Source: Camelus dromedarius (taxonomy: Eukaryota). From it: 64,000 bases of DNA. The DNA is taken from the NCBI RefSeq assembly GCF_036321535.1, contig NC_087437.1, positions 76,138,001 to 76,202,000 of the forward strand, read 5' to 3'. The first letter of the stretch is position 1; every line of letters begins with the position of its first letter. Below are positions 52,430 through 64,000 of the stretch, piece by piece. A program made the position numbers and the translations under genes. A model generated the notes under the pieces. It made no database searches and was not told where the DNA came from. It saw only the letters and a list, made by a program, of their open reading frames with translations.

Positions 52430-55400
52430 CATGTACTTCAAAACCATCTGGATGTGTGTAAAAAGAACCTTGAATTATGGAAATGAAACTTTGGACAGCT
52501 TGGAAATGAAAAAAATGTATTTACTGAACTAAAAGACTGAAAATGAATAGTAGGACACCACTAAAGGAACACTACTGAAGAGGGAGTTAGTGAGCTCGAA
52601 CCTGAGCCAAAGATTTCTCCAGAACGTAAAAGAAAAGAATAAAGAAATCAAAGGTAAAAAAAGAAAAGATTTGAGACCCAGAGTACAGATCTACTTTCCA
52701 TTATCTACCAGCAATTCCAATAGGTGCAAACTGAGAGTGAAGGAGAGGCAACATCTGAAAACTGAGTATTTGAGAAATTGACATAATTGAAGAACATGAT
52801 TCCAAAGGCAGAAAGCGTCACAATGAAAGCTGTTACTGAGTGCCAACTGGGATACATTAAAAACAAAAACATTTACACATACTAAAGAGAAATTTTGAGT
52901 AATAAGGATAAAGCAAAAATCTTTAAAATTATCATAAAAAAGAGAAAAGATTTATCCACAAAAGAGATACCAAACTTCTACTTTTAACAATTATCCAGGA
53001 GGAAATTTCTGTCTTTATCAACCTAAAAGGCTGAAAACCTAGAATGGGGGAAAATAAGAGCATGCTCAAGTTCTTCTCTCATTTAGAAAAAAAGCTACAG
53101 ACACCTGTAACTCCAGACATTGTAAGAAAAACATGTTTAAATACACCTGTTAAAAGTATATCATGAAGGTGGAGGAGTTAGATAAAGGGGGTCAAAAGAT
53201 ACAAACTTCCCTAAGTACTGGGGATGTAATGTACAGCATGATGACTATTTAACACTGCTGTATGGTATACTTGAAAGTTGCTTAGAGACTAAATTCTAAA
53301 AGTTCTCATCATAAGAGAAAAACATTTTTTTCTTTTTTTTGGGGGGGTGGGTATCTATATGAGAGAATGGATGTTCTAAACTTATAGTAGTAAACATTTC
53401 ACCATATATGTAAGTCAAATTATTAATGCTGTACACCTTAAACTTGCACAGTGTTGTATGCTAACTGTATCTAAATAAAACTGAAAGAAAATAAACAAAT
53501 AAGTAGAAGTAATCACGAAGTAGGAAAAAAATGTGTGCTATTCAAACCAGCAGAACAAATAAAGACTAAAACAAAGAAAATGTGATCATTCTAATGATAG
53601 TGTGGAAAATGGAAAGCGAGAATAATATTAAAAAAAATAGCAGATAAGTCATAATAAATACAAATACACTTAGTCAGAGATATGCTTGGCTAAATTAAAA
53701 AATAAAAATCTAAGTCCACATCTATGAAAGACACACCTAAAACAAAATGACACACAAAGGTTTAAAACTCAGGGATGTGAAACTACAGCAGGCAAACGCA
53801 AAGAGAAAGTACATATAGCAACAGTGACACCAGACAAGAAATCAAAGAGAAAATCATTAAAAGGGAAAAAGATATATTTACACTGCCAAAAAGAATAATC
53901 TTCCACGAGTAAATAATAGTCACTGATTCTTATACATCTAACAGTGCAGTTTTTGAAATGTAAAAACAAAAAAATTTCAAATAGCAAAAATTAACAAATC
54001 ACAATCACAGATTTTTAAATATCCCTCTCAGAAAATAAAAGGTAAATTTAAAAAAATAATTAATGTTATAAAAGGATAGGAATAACATACTCAAATTAAC
54101 CTAGTAGATATAATATTAACCTAACAAACATAAAAATATGTAGCATCCTGGACTCCACATAAAAAGAAATCACATTCTTTTCAAAGAAGTATTCAGAGAC
54201 TGATCATATGGCAAACAACAAAGGCTAAATTAACAAATTACTAAATACTGCTATCCTGCTGGTCACAGTCACTAACCTAAATACAATAAGAAGTCATTAA
54301 TTAAATACCAGCCAAAAAAATTTTAACTGGCAATTTTAAACCATATTTCTAAAAGTAGCATATTAGAGAGTAAATCAAAGTGCAATTTTTAAATATTGCA
54401 AATTGACAATGATCATGCTATACAAGAAAATGTGTGAGATATGTCATCAAAATGGTACTCATTGTAAACAGTGCGACAAATGACATTTTAGAGAACAATA
54501 GAAGTTTGAAGACAAATGAATTATCAAAAAAAAAAAAAAAGCACTAGAAAAACAAGAGAAAAAGAACCAAAAAAACCCAGAATTAACTAGGGTAAAAATT
54601 AATAAACATATGAGAAAAACTAGAGACAGAAAAAAATTAAGCATTCTAAGAGAACACTAAGAGCAACTATATAACAAAAACTTAAAAGTCTATAATGAAA
54701 GGGTTTCCTCACAAAATATAAATTATCAAAAATTACCAAAGAACAAGCAGAAAGAAAACACCACCACAATAACCAAAGTAAAACAATTAAAGCAGTTTCC
54801 AAAAGTCTACATCCTTAAAAAAAAGGGACTAGCCTGAGTCAGTTTTATAGGAGTTTAAATAAGCATTCAGAATAATTTATACCTGAAGCTACCTATTCCA
54901 TAGCATAGAAAGGCAGAAGAAACTATTTAAACTGAGGCTCACTTAATCCCATCCAAGAACCAGGTAAAAACAGCAAAGGAAAGAAAAAAATTACTATTCC
55001 ATCACACCTCAGTGTGGATGCAAAATTCTTAAGGGAAGTTTAAAATGAGAATAAAACATAATAACAAACAGAATTTAGCCCAGAAATGTAAGGATGATTG
55101 CCTTCGGAAAATTTATCAATGCAATGAATTACATCAACAGGGTAAAGAGGGAAATGACATGATCAGGCCAAAAAAGCATTTTACCACCCATTTATGATAA
55201 AATTTCTTAGCTAAGAATAGGAGAGGATTTCCTTAACCTGATAAAAAAGGATCTAGGTGAAGGACAGAAAAAAAATCCCAGTAGTTAGATAAATATTAGA
55301 TGCATTAAAATACATAAAAATATATACAAGAAAAAATGTACACTATCACCAGGAGTGATCAACATTATAGCAGAGGTACTAGCCAATGCATTAACCAAAA

Positions 55401-56000
55401 GCGAAAATAAAAAAAAACAAAAATGGGAAAAGGAAAAGATTGGACAAGGTGACGATTATCATTCGTCTCACAATTTGACTTTTTGTAAGAAAATGCCCAA
55501 GAGAATCAACTGACAAACTGATGAAACTCGTAAGAAAGGTTCATATTTCAATCTGTTATTTCCACAGAAATAGAAAAATATATCAATAGAACACAGTATT
55601 TTAAGTTCCAAAACATTTGTATATGATAAAAGCATTTCAAATTAGAGAAAGCACACACTATTCCACAGAAGGAGCAGGGACAACTAGCTGCACCTTGGTG
55701 GGGGTGTGTGTCTGTGTGTGTGGTGTGTGTCTCGTGGGGAAGGTGAGGGGCAAGGGTTAACAAGATGCATCTCTACCTCACAACATTAACAATAAATTGC
55801 AGACAGAATTTTTTTAAAGCTATGAGAATCAAACAGATACATGTATAAGAGAATGCACAAAGTATCATAGACTCTGGGGTAGGAAAGGCCTTCTTAAAAT
55901 ACAAATGAAAAGAAAGAAAAGATTGATAAAGTTGACTAGATAAAAGCCGTCGATGTACCCTGGGGAAATGACATTAAAACAAAGTTAAAAGAAAACACAC
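52430..56000 (+). mobile_element. Very old degraded L1 (L1ME-age) ORF1/ORF2 remnants
   Basis: A-rich; residual L1 motifs (gacacacctaaaacaaaatgac, cacattcttttcaa, gatgcaaaattctt, ggtactagccaatgc, ggggtaggaaaggccttctt). Confidence 0.65.
53169..53506 (+). mobile_element. 5'-truncated L1MA-age 3' end nested in the older L1
   Basis: ggtcaaaagatacaaacttcc...gatgtaatgtacagcatgatgact...aataaaactgaaagaaa; same family as the 3' end at 1258-2100. Degenerate TSD aagtatatcatgaag (53154-53168) / aagtaatcacgaag (53507-53520). Confidence 0.8.
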
Positions 56001-56094
56001 CTAACAGACACAATACCTGGCTTTGGGAGTTAGTGGGGTGGACAGTAAAACACTAAGACTAGGAATGAAAAGTCAAAGGAAATTTATTCTTAGC

Positions 56095-56260
56095 TTTTAT
56101 TCATTCAGCATTCATTCATAAACATTTATTGAGTATTTAATATGTGGCAGACTCTGGTATGAGCACTTGATACATGGAGCAAACAAAACAAAGGGCCCTG
56201 TTTTCATGAAGCTTCCTTTCTAGAAAGAGAGAGGCAAGGCTCTAAAAATGCAAGCCAGCA
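56095..56260 (-). mobile_element. L2 3' end
   Basis: cattcattcataaacatttattgagtatttaatatgtggcag. Confidence 0.75.
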
Positions 56261-58029
56261 AATAACTAAAATGCTTTTAATTTTATATTACAGTAACTTC
56301 GGAAATTAGTAAATAGTAGGAAAAGTAAAACAGGAGTATATTTATTCTAAAATGTATTAGTCTTTGGCAAAGTGTATTCATGCATTAGCTCTGAAATAGG
56401 AACATTAACTTCTGAAAATTTATTAAAATTTTATTTTCTCTGTAACAGTTTATATTTAAGGAATTTATGCACATAGAAGTATTTAACCTTCTGAAGTACC
56501 TGGATAAAAATTCCTAAAAGGCCAAATCTAGCAATGACTGACCAGAAAATGGAGGTTTAATGAAAGAAATTCAGGCTTTATGGAGAGATATTTGTATATC
56601 CATCAAGAGACAGAGCTGAAAGCCACACTGGGCTTCACACAGGTGGTGGCAAGTTCCATGGGTCTTGAGACGAAGGCAAGGAATGGCCCTTAAGGTCACA
56701 AACACTCGGGCCCTAACTGAGCGAAGGAGACTGTCTGAAGACACTCCGTTTACAACCTGCCACTCTCTTCCTTATTTTCTCTCTGTCTCTGATACACACT
56801 CTGAGACACACTCTTGCCCTGAATTCCTCCCACAAAGCAGGAAGAAGAAGCTGTAGTGCCCAGAGCTGTGGGGCTGACAAGACTTCTAAACCAAAAAACT
56901 TACATGGACAGTAAAATAACTTACAGCCTTTCAGGTCAAAAACAGATGTCAGTTTGTCTACTTCTCTAAATATCTGCACAATAGCACACATAAAAAGCCA
57001 CCCACCTCATTTTGGAAGGAAAGCAAGACCTCTAGTTGCTATAATCTTATGGTTCATTTGATAAGAAAAAAACTCAAATATTGGTACTTCATACGTTATA
57101 TTCTATTTGATTAAAATTATTTTGTAGAAGGCTGAAGCATGTTAACTCATTTCTTTGCATGTTACCTACAGTCATTTCAGCAAAAATATAAATGTGAACA
57201 GTACTTTTTCCAGTTTGGAACTTTTCTTTATTTTCATTCTAAAATTTAAAACATAAAAATACAGATTTACAAGTCTGGTTAAACAAGAAGCAGTTTCCAA
57301 AATATAAAAATCTCCTTCACTTTTTAACTTATCATTAATGTTTCTTAAAAATATACTCACAAATATACTTTAAGGATTACATGATTTATTTTAAATTACA
57401 TTCAGTAACCTGTCAAGAATAAATGAATTATATAAAAAATAATATTCAAAGATTATTTTTAATTAATTACTTACATAGGACAATTACCAACATATTAAAA
57501 AAACAGCCAACTAAATAAACCCTGCATTTCTCTAAAGCAATGACAGACTCTAAAGAACTATTATTCTTTTAAGACACTCATGTCCACATCTGCCTACTAT
57601 AAAACACATGTTCAAAGCATGAATATTTGAGTAAAGCAAAACTTCCCTTAAAACAAGTGTGTTTATTTGAACACACAATTTCAGAACCAAATCAACAAGT
57701 GTTTTACGGGTTCACGCTCATAAGGGATCACATGTGTGTTTATTTGAATGTAATCTCATTGAAATAAACACAGCTGAGTTTATTTCAACGTGTGAGAATA
57801 GAGATCTACACATGTTTGTGCAAGAATGAATCATGAAACCACAGCTTAGTGCATGGAAATGTGACTAGGAAATTGCACACAGCACAATCACTTTCTTCAA
57901 ACATGTCACTGAAAAGTAAATCTACAGCTAAAAGATATTTCAGGGAAAGGTACAGTTCAATGTATCCCATAATGAACTCAGGAATACCAATTTTTACTGT
58001 CAAACATTAAAGTGTCTCTTTATGTTTCA

Positions 58030-58625
58030 TTTGAAAAAATAATAAAGAAAAATACAAAGAATGATAAATAACAAATACACATGAACCTACCCACTGAAAT
58101 TTAACACTTTGTAGTAATACCTCAGATCTTAAAAATAAATAAATAAATAAAATTAATATCCCCCATTTTTCTCTCCTTGGTTCTAGTTATCTTTATCTCT
58201 TCCTCTTCAGAAGAGGTCACTGTCATGAATTTGAGCCAAACAGTATATATAGCATAGTTTTGGGTGTTTATAAAGCATAAATAGAAGATATAAAGTAAAA
58301 ACTATTCCATGATTTGTTTTTCTTTTTTGTCTATCAACTTTGTTTCTGGGATTTATATATACTAATTCACTTCATTCATTCTAACTGGTTCATATTTACT
58401 CCAGCATGTGAATATACCATAATCTGTTTCCCTACTGGTGGTCAATGATGCTATTTCCAGTTTTCTGTATTACAAAACAATTCTGCCATGAATATTTTTG
58501 TTTGAGAGCAGATGTCTGAGAGCCTCTCTCTAGGGTATAGCCAGATACAGAAGAACTGCTGTATTTCTCACCTTTTGTTAGATATTGACAAATTGCTCCC
58601 CTAAGTGGTTGTACCAAACTGTACT
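58030..58625 (-). mobile_element. Old L1 (L1ME-type) 3' end
   Basis: tttccagttttctgtattacaaaacaattctgccatgaatatt...caaattgctcccctaagtggttgtacca. Confidence 0.65.
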
Positions 58626-58669
58626 TTGGGCAAATGCCCCTTGAAGATAATTATTTTTAATAGTAATAA

Positions 58670-58835
58670 TAAAGAGGATGGAAGAAAACTTTTGAGGAGA
58701 TGAATAAATTTATGGCATAGGTGTCGTAATGCTTTCACAGATGTATGCTTCTCTACAAATTCATCAAATTGTCAATATTAACTATGTATATAGCTTTTTG
58801 TACGTCAATCATACCTCAATAGTTTTAAAAAAGGG
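58670..58835 (+). mobile_element. L1MC-type 3' end fragment
   Basis: aaacttttgaggagatgaataa...aaattcatcaaattg...gtcaatcatacctcaata. Confidence 0.65.
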
Positions 58836-58925
58836 GGAAAAAAACTGTATTTTGATTTGGAATAAGTTTTATATAATCAGAATCAGGACAATCTGTCCCA
58901 AGCATCGTGTTCAAGGAATTGGTTT

Positions 58926-59015
58926 CCTTTTTTTTTAATGAAGGATAGTCAGTTTACTATGTTGTGTCAATTTCTGGTGTACAGCATAATGTTTTAGTCA
59001 TACATATATTCTTTT
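58926..59015 (-). mobile_element. Short 5'-truncated L1 3' end (about 90 bp)
   Basis: T tract then gaaggatagtcagtttactatgttgtgtcaatttctggtgtacagcat; perfect 13-bp TSD aaggaattggttt (58913-58925, 59016-59028). Confidence 0.85.
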
Positions 59016-59126
59016 AAGGAATTGGTTTTTTAAATGACAAAATTCCATTTATTCCACACCTTACAACACTTAAAACACAGACACACAGCCTTATGCTCTT
59101 GTTTGATCTGCTTAGGTCAGTTAGCA

Positions 59127-59225
59127 CAGTGGTTCTCAACCAGAGGTGACTATGCCCCAGGAGACATTTTGATGGTCATGACTAGGGGAATGGTACTAGC
59201 ATCTAGTGTTAGAGATCAGGGATGT
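59127..59225. mobile_element. MER20-like hAT-Charlie fragment
   Basis: cagtggttctcaacc...gccccaggagacattttg...gcatctagtgttagagatcagggatg. Confidence 0.7.
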
Positions 59226-60039
59226 CCCACTTTTCCCAGAGTTACCTTTTGAAAAATAAAATGTACAACTGGTTTGTTCTGGAATAAGTTCACTTTCACT
59301 CCTTGGCCAAGTATAAATTCAAAAAACTTTCAGCCTCTGAAATCGTTCTTTAGATAATAATAAGCAGTGACCTCAAGTGGAAGTGTTTTCTGATATCACA
59401 GTTGGACTCAATAAGGAGAACAAGCTACATACAGCACGTACATTCTATAGCCCCATTAATCAGCTATTTAAAACACCTCTTTTGTGAAGTAACTGACTAC
59501 ACGTATCTAAACTGAAACAACTGGAAATACAATTAAATCTGAGTCTCATGGTTTATCAGAATGAAATCTTACTCTCACTTTGTAGTTGACTTTACTTAGT
59601 ATCCTGGCTGACATTTTTGCCTTTTCTTTTATTTACATATCTAAGCCATAGCAGGAGCAAGAAAGAAAGATTTTTAAGCTAAACTATTTAATTATCTCTT
59701 TTGGAAATAAAAGGAGACAGGCAATAAAAGGTCAAGATACTACCTAGAAGAGCTGAAAAGATAAATGTTTGCTTTTGCCTGAGAGGATTTTTTTTTCCCG
59801 TTTTCCCCATTATATTCCCTATCCTGAGTTAGAAAGCAGTAAAGGGTTTAACTTTCTCTCAATTTAATATGCAAGATGTAATTTCATTGTTCATTTGGAG
59901 GCCATGTGAGTCAATGGATTAAAAAACTGAACAAGTTATGAGACCAAAAATTTTAATCCTAACTGACAGTGACCCTCTCTTATAACTGCCATCCTTGGCA
60001 ATTTTATTATCTGATCTTGTGGCTCTCAGTAATTGTCTC

Positions 60040-61680
60040 TACAATGAAGTCTTCTAAATCTATATATCCATCACTGAGGTTTAGTTCAATATTTCCAGCT
60101 ACTTACTTGACGTCTCCACAATGGTTGCCCCTCACCAAATTCCATGCTCCAGAACCTAAACTGTAATTTCTCTGCATGCTCTCAAACACCCTCCATTGCA
60201 GAAGCGTCATTCATCTGAAAAAACACACAGCCAGCTTCCTCAATGGCTTCCTCTCCTTTATTCCCTTAACTCCTGTACTGTTTCTTCCACAGCATCTTTT
60301 CTATTTCTTCTCTTCCAGTTTAAATGCCACAGCCAAGAGCATGTCCTAGTTTACCGTGTTTACTCTCTGCTTCCAGATTTGTCTCGCATCCACTTATCCT
60401 CAGTTTCTCCTCCTGAATTCATCCTACACATATGCAGTCGTGTTAATTTTTTTGTTTAAGTCTGTTTTGTTAACAGCTTTATAGAGGTATAATTGACACA
60501 ATCAACTGCACATATTTGAAGTGTACAATTCGACAAGTTTGAGACTCTTGTGAAACCATCACCACATTCAAGATAATGAGCGTATCCATCATCCTCCCAA
60601 TTTTTTCTTGTGCCTTTGTAATCCCTCCCTCTATTCCTCTCTATTCTGAAGCAACTACTTATCTGCTTTTTCACTACAGATTAGTTTGTATTTTTTAGAA
60701 TTTCATGTAAATGGAATCATACAGTATGCATACTTTTTTTGCCTGAGTTTTTCAATCAGCATAATTATTTTGAGATTCACCAATGTTGATGGATGGATCA
60801 ACAGTTCATTCCTTTTTATTGCTGAATAGTACTCCATTGTAAGCATAGACCATGATGTGTTTATCCATTCACTTGTTGATGGATATTCTGGATATTACAA
60901 ATAAATCTACTATGAACATTCATGTACTCATCTTTGTATGAACATATGTTTTCTTTCACTTGGATAAATAAGAGGTAAATGATGAAATCAGTGATAAGTA
61001 TAGGTTTAACTTTTTAATAAACTGCCAAACTATTTCCCAAAGCAGTTATACCATTTTACATTCCCATCCATAGTCTATGAGAGTTCTAGTTTCTCTGCAC
61101 TGGATATGATGAGTCTTTTTAATTTTAGCTATCTTAATTAGGTGTGTAGTTGTATCTCATTGTGGCTTTAATATGCATTTTCGTAATGACTAATGATGTT
61201 GAGAATTTTTCTTGTGTTTAGTAGCCATCACCTATCTTCTTTGATAAAATGTCTATTCAATCTTTCACCATCTTTTATTAGGTTGTTAATCTTTCTAAAC
61301 TATGGCTCTGACTATTTCACTTCCAGATTAAAAATCTTCACTTGCCTAGCATCTAAGGATATCCATGACCCGGTCTCGAATCACTATGGATTGACTTTTC
61401 TCCCTGAACTCTTCAATAAGCCAAATTGCAGCACAACAGAATAACTAGCTTTCTAGACACAAACCCATCCTTACTCTATGCCTTTTCTCAGGCTATTCCT
61501 TCCATCTAGAAAACCCCTCACAGAAATATTTATATACATGCCCAGATCTTTCTTACTTCAAGGCAAAATAAAATGACACTCCTTTCATGAGGGTTTCTGT
61601 TTTCCTCAGCCAGACGAAACTCCTTCCTCTTGTCCCCTGTTCATTTGCATCCATGTTGCTATTTCTATCATTGTTCTGAC
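60040..61680 (+). mobile_element. L2 fragment, split by the L1 at 60460-61298
   Basis: L2-like sequence on both sides; resumes tctgactatttcacttccagattaaaaatcttc after the L1. Confidence 0.55.
60460..61298 (-). mobile_element. L1MB/MC-type 3' end
   Basis: aacagctttatagaggtataattgacac...aatggaatcatacagtatg...ccattttacattccc...catttttcgtaatgactaatgatgttgag. Confidence 0.85.
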
Positions 61681-61800
61681 CACAGGAGACGGTAAGTACA
61701 GCTAACGGTTAGAAGATGTGGATCCAGGCTGCCTGAGTTCAGATCCCATTACCAGCTGTGGGACCTCAAGCTAGTTACTTAACTTCCCTGTGCCTCAGTA

Positions 61801-62388
61801 TGGTGGACACTGGCATGCCCCACCTAGATCCCCTTGAGGCCAGCAGACCCACTGCCCAGCTGCTGGGAGTGCTGAATGCGAAGGGCTCACAAATGCACAA
61901 GAGCTACCATTCCCAGAGATTCTGGGAAATTAAGCCCTTCCCTCATGGTCTGTCCCCCAGGGCAATCGCCCACAGCCAATGTCTGACTGATGTGGAGTAT
62001 CACAGTGGCCCTCTTCTCAATGGCAACTCTGTGGTACCATTCCCACTCCATAACTACTCCAAGGATCTGCTGAGGATACATTTTTATCAAAACCCATATC
62101 TTTACTGGCTTCTCCTTCTATCCAAGTAGTTCTCAAATTTTAGTATCAATCAGAATCACTTGGAAGACTAGTTAAACCACAAGTTGATGCCCAGTCACAC
62201 CAAGTTCCTGACTCAGGGTTCCTGAGTGAAACCTGAGAATATGTATTTTCAGGCATCACTGTGACCAGTGCCCTCCCCCATCCTATCTCCCTCCCTTGTT
62301 CAGGATCCTCCAGGGCCCTCCCTCAATAAATCACCTGTGCAAGACTCTGCAACTCAGTCTGTGCTTCTGAGAAATCTGATCTAAGACA
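61801..62388 (+). mobile_element. ERVL solo LTR (LTR16-like)
   Basis: TG start; cccacctagatcccc...cccagctgctgggagtgctg; AATAAA near 62325; ends ctgatctaagaca. Confidence 0.7.
62125..62255. mobile_element. MER5A-like MITE nested in the LTR
   Basis: gtagttctcaaattttag...atcagaatcacttggaag...cctgagaatatgtattttc. Confidence 0.7.
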
Positions 62389-63798
62389 CACAACTTAAAT
62401 GTATAAAACAGGTACACAATTAATTAGCTTAAATAATTATTATGGAGATAAAATCAGGTAATATATGCACTAGGCTTAGAACAGTACTTAGCACACAAAA
62501 AGCTCTTAATAAGTATTAGTTACTACCACCAGCTCCCCTAATATTACTAAACATTCCTTGAGCATAGGGTCTACCCTTGTCCAACTTTGCATCTCCTATA
62601 TTATCTAACACCAATACCTACAACTGAAATTAACCTAGTGGGCTTAATGTATCGTGCTCTGCATTACATACAATAATTAAAACCTGGTCTCTACTAAAAG
62701 GGAGCTTTAATACCTGGCCTCTGAAAGAATCTGGAGGAGAACAAAGTATAAGCACTCAGTTATAGAAAGAAAGAATTCAAAAAATGAGAATAAAAAGCTG
62801 GGAGTGGGTTATCAGAGGGATTCCTGGAAGGTGACTACTGAAAAGGAAAGAGAGTCAAATGTTATCTGAAAAGAATGTCAAAGGAACTAAATGATAGATC
62901 ACACATATGTGAATAAGGCCTTACTATAAAATAGATTACCAGCAAAAAAAAATGAAGTTGAACAAATCTTTAATTTCCTGATCATAGGTCTATTGCTTGA
63001 CTTGAAAAACAATTTACAATTAGAGCAGTCAGAATCTTTTGATGTTTCAGTAAACAACTGGAATTAACCAACTTCTCTAGCCAGGCTTTCACTAAAAACC
63101 CATTAAGATGCCTAGCCATTGTGCAGAGCTCTCCTGATGAAGCCCACACTTCTTTAGCATAATCATGTCATGTCCACTGCCACCATCCCTAGGGAATACA
63201 GAGTGGTACAACAAGTATAAGACACAAAATTAAAAGGGCAGATATTCCTAGGACATGAATTTTTTTTTTCTTCTTTGGAGGGACAGAAATTTTCTTGATG
63301 GAAAGTAACTTCAAATACTACTTCCATGTTAAAACAGGTAGGTATATTCTTGACAGATGTGTAGATTACACCAGTATATCCTTTTGTCAATATTCACCAA
63401 ATTCTATACTTAAGATCGATCTATGCATTTTGGTGTATGCCATTTTTACCTCAACTTTTTTTTTAAAAAAAGAAGCATATATTATGGAAAAAGAATATAA
63501 TATGCAAATAGATTTTTAAGATAAAGCATTCTAGAAATTTCAACAAAATGTAAGCTTCTGGAAGCACAATTTGGCCTATGATTTGTGATTTCACAAAAAA
63601 ATGAGTATTGTCTTCTGCGATTCAGGTACTTTAGCAGAAAATTTGAGAAGCAGAACACTAAGAAAACCAACTATTGATGTTTCATTGGTTATTTTGTATA
63701 AATTGAGCCTTTTCTGGAAATTTAAATGGATGACCTGATGGAATTACCATGTAAGACTGGTCTGTGCCTTAAAATACATTTCCTAAAGCAACCTCCTC

Positions 63799-63822
63799 AA
63801 AAAAAAAAAAAAAAAAAAAAAA
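63799..63822. repeat. A24 homopolymer
   Basis: Direct reading; no TSD seen. Confidence 0.9.
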
Positions 63823-64000
63823 CAGAAAAATCACCACAACCACAGTAGCCCCAGTGGGGCAGCCCCCAATGGTTCTGCTCTTTAAAGGAATAACTGCAGA
63901 AAGTTACCAGATACCTGTAAAGCTGTAACACCCAGAACTTAGATGTAACTGTCTTCTACAGGGAGAGGGGCTCTGAAAGGTTGCTCAGCAAAATGACCTG

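Larger units (their letters stand above)
61695..62525 (+). mobile_element. MIR SINE interrupted by an LTR
   Basis: 5' half to ...tgtgcctcagt (about 61800); 3' half from about 62400 to cttagaacagtacttagcacac...aataagtattagttacta. Confidence 0.7.

Noticed and set aside
1..64000. CRISPR arrays, operons, defence systems or other prokaryotic/viral systems
   Set aside because: The sequence is mammalian; no regularly spaced repeat-spacer array and no gene-dense region

Overview
Mammalian nuclear DNA, AT-rich and dominated by transposable elements. It is most likely camelid (camel/alpaca): two tRNA-derived SINEs resemble the camelid vic-1 type and one young L1 looks lineage-specific. I recognise no multi-exon protein-coding sequence, RNA gene, CRISPR array or other prokaryotic feature, and nearly all ORFs in the track are spurious or lie in repeats. 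The + strand is A-rich and the long L1s mostly lie on +, which suggests a large intron of a gene transcribed on the - strand; I cannot name the gene. Best-supported features: (1) a TSD-flanked 3.0 kb L1 (8118-11150) with 5'UTR, broken ORF1 and almost no ORF2; (2) a TSD-flanked 2.3 kb L1 on - with two internal deletions (1258-3603); (3) a MaLR provirus with TSD (19872-21948); (4) a Charlie-type DNA transposon (27938-29126); (5) many L1, L2, L3, MIR, MER and LTR fossils. The most interesting unique sequence is a candidate TATA-containing internal promoter plus first exon on - at about 26400-27050. I found no convincing novel biological system. Repeat family names come from my recall of consensus sequences, and boundaries of old repeats are approximate.
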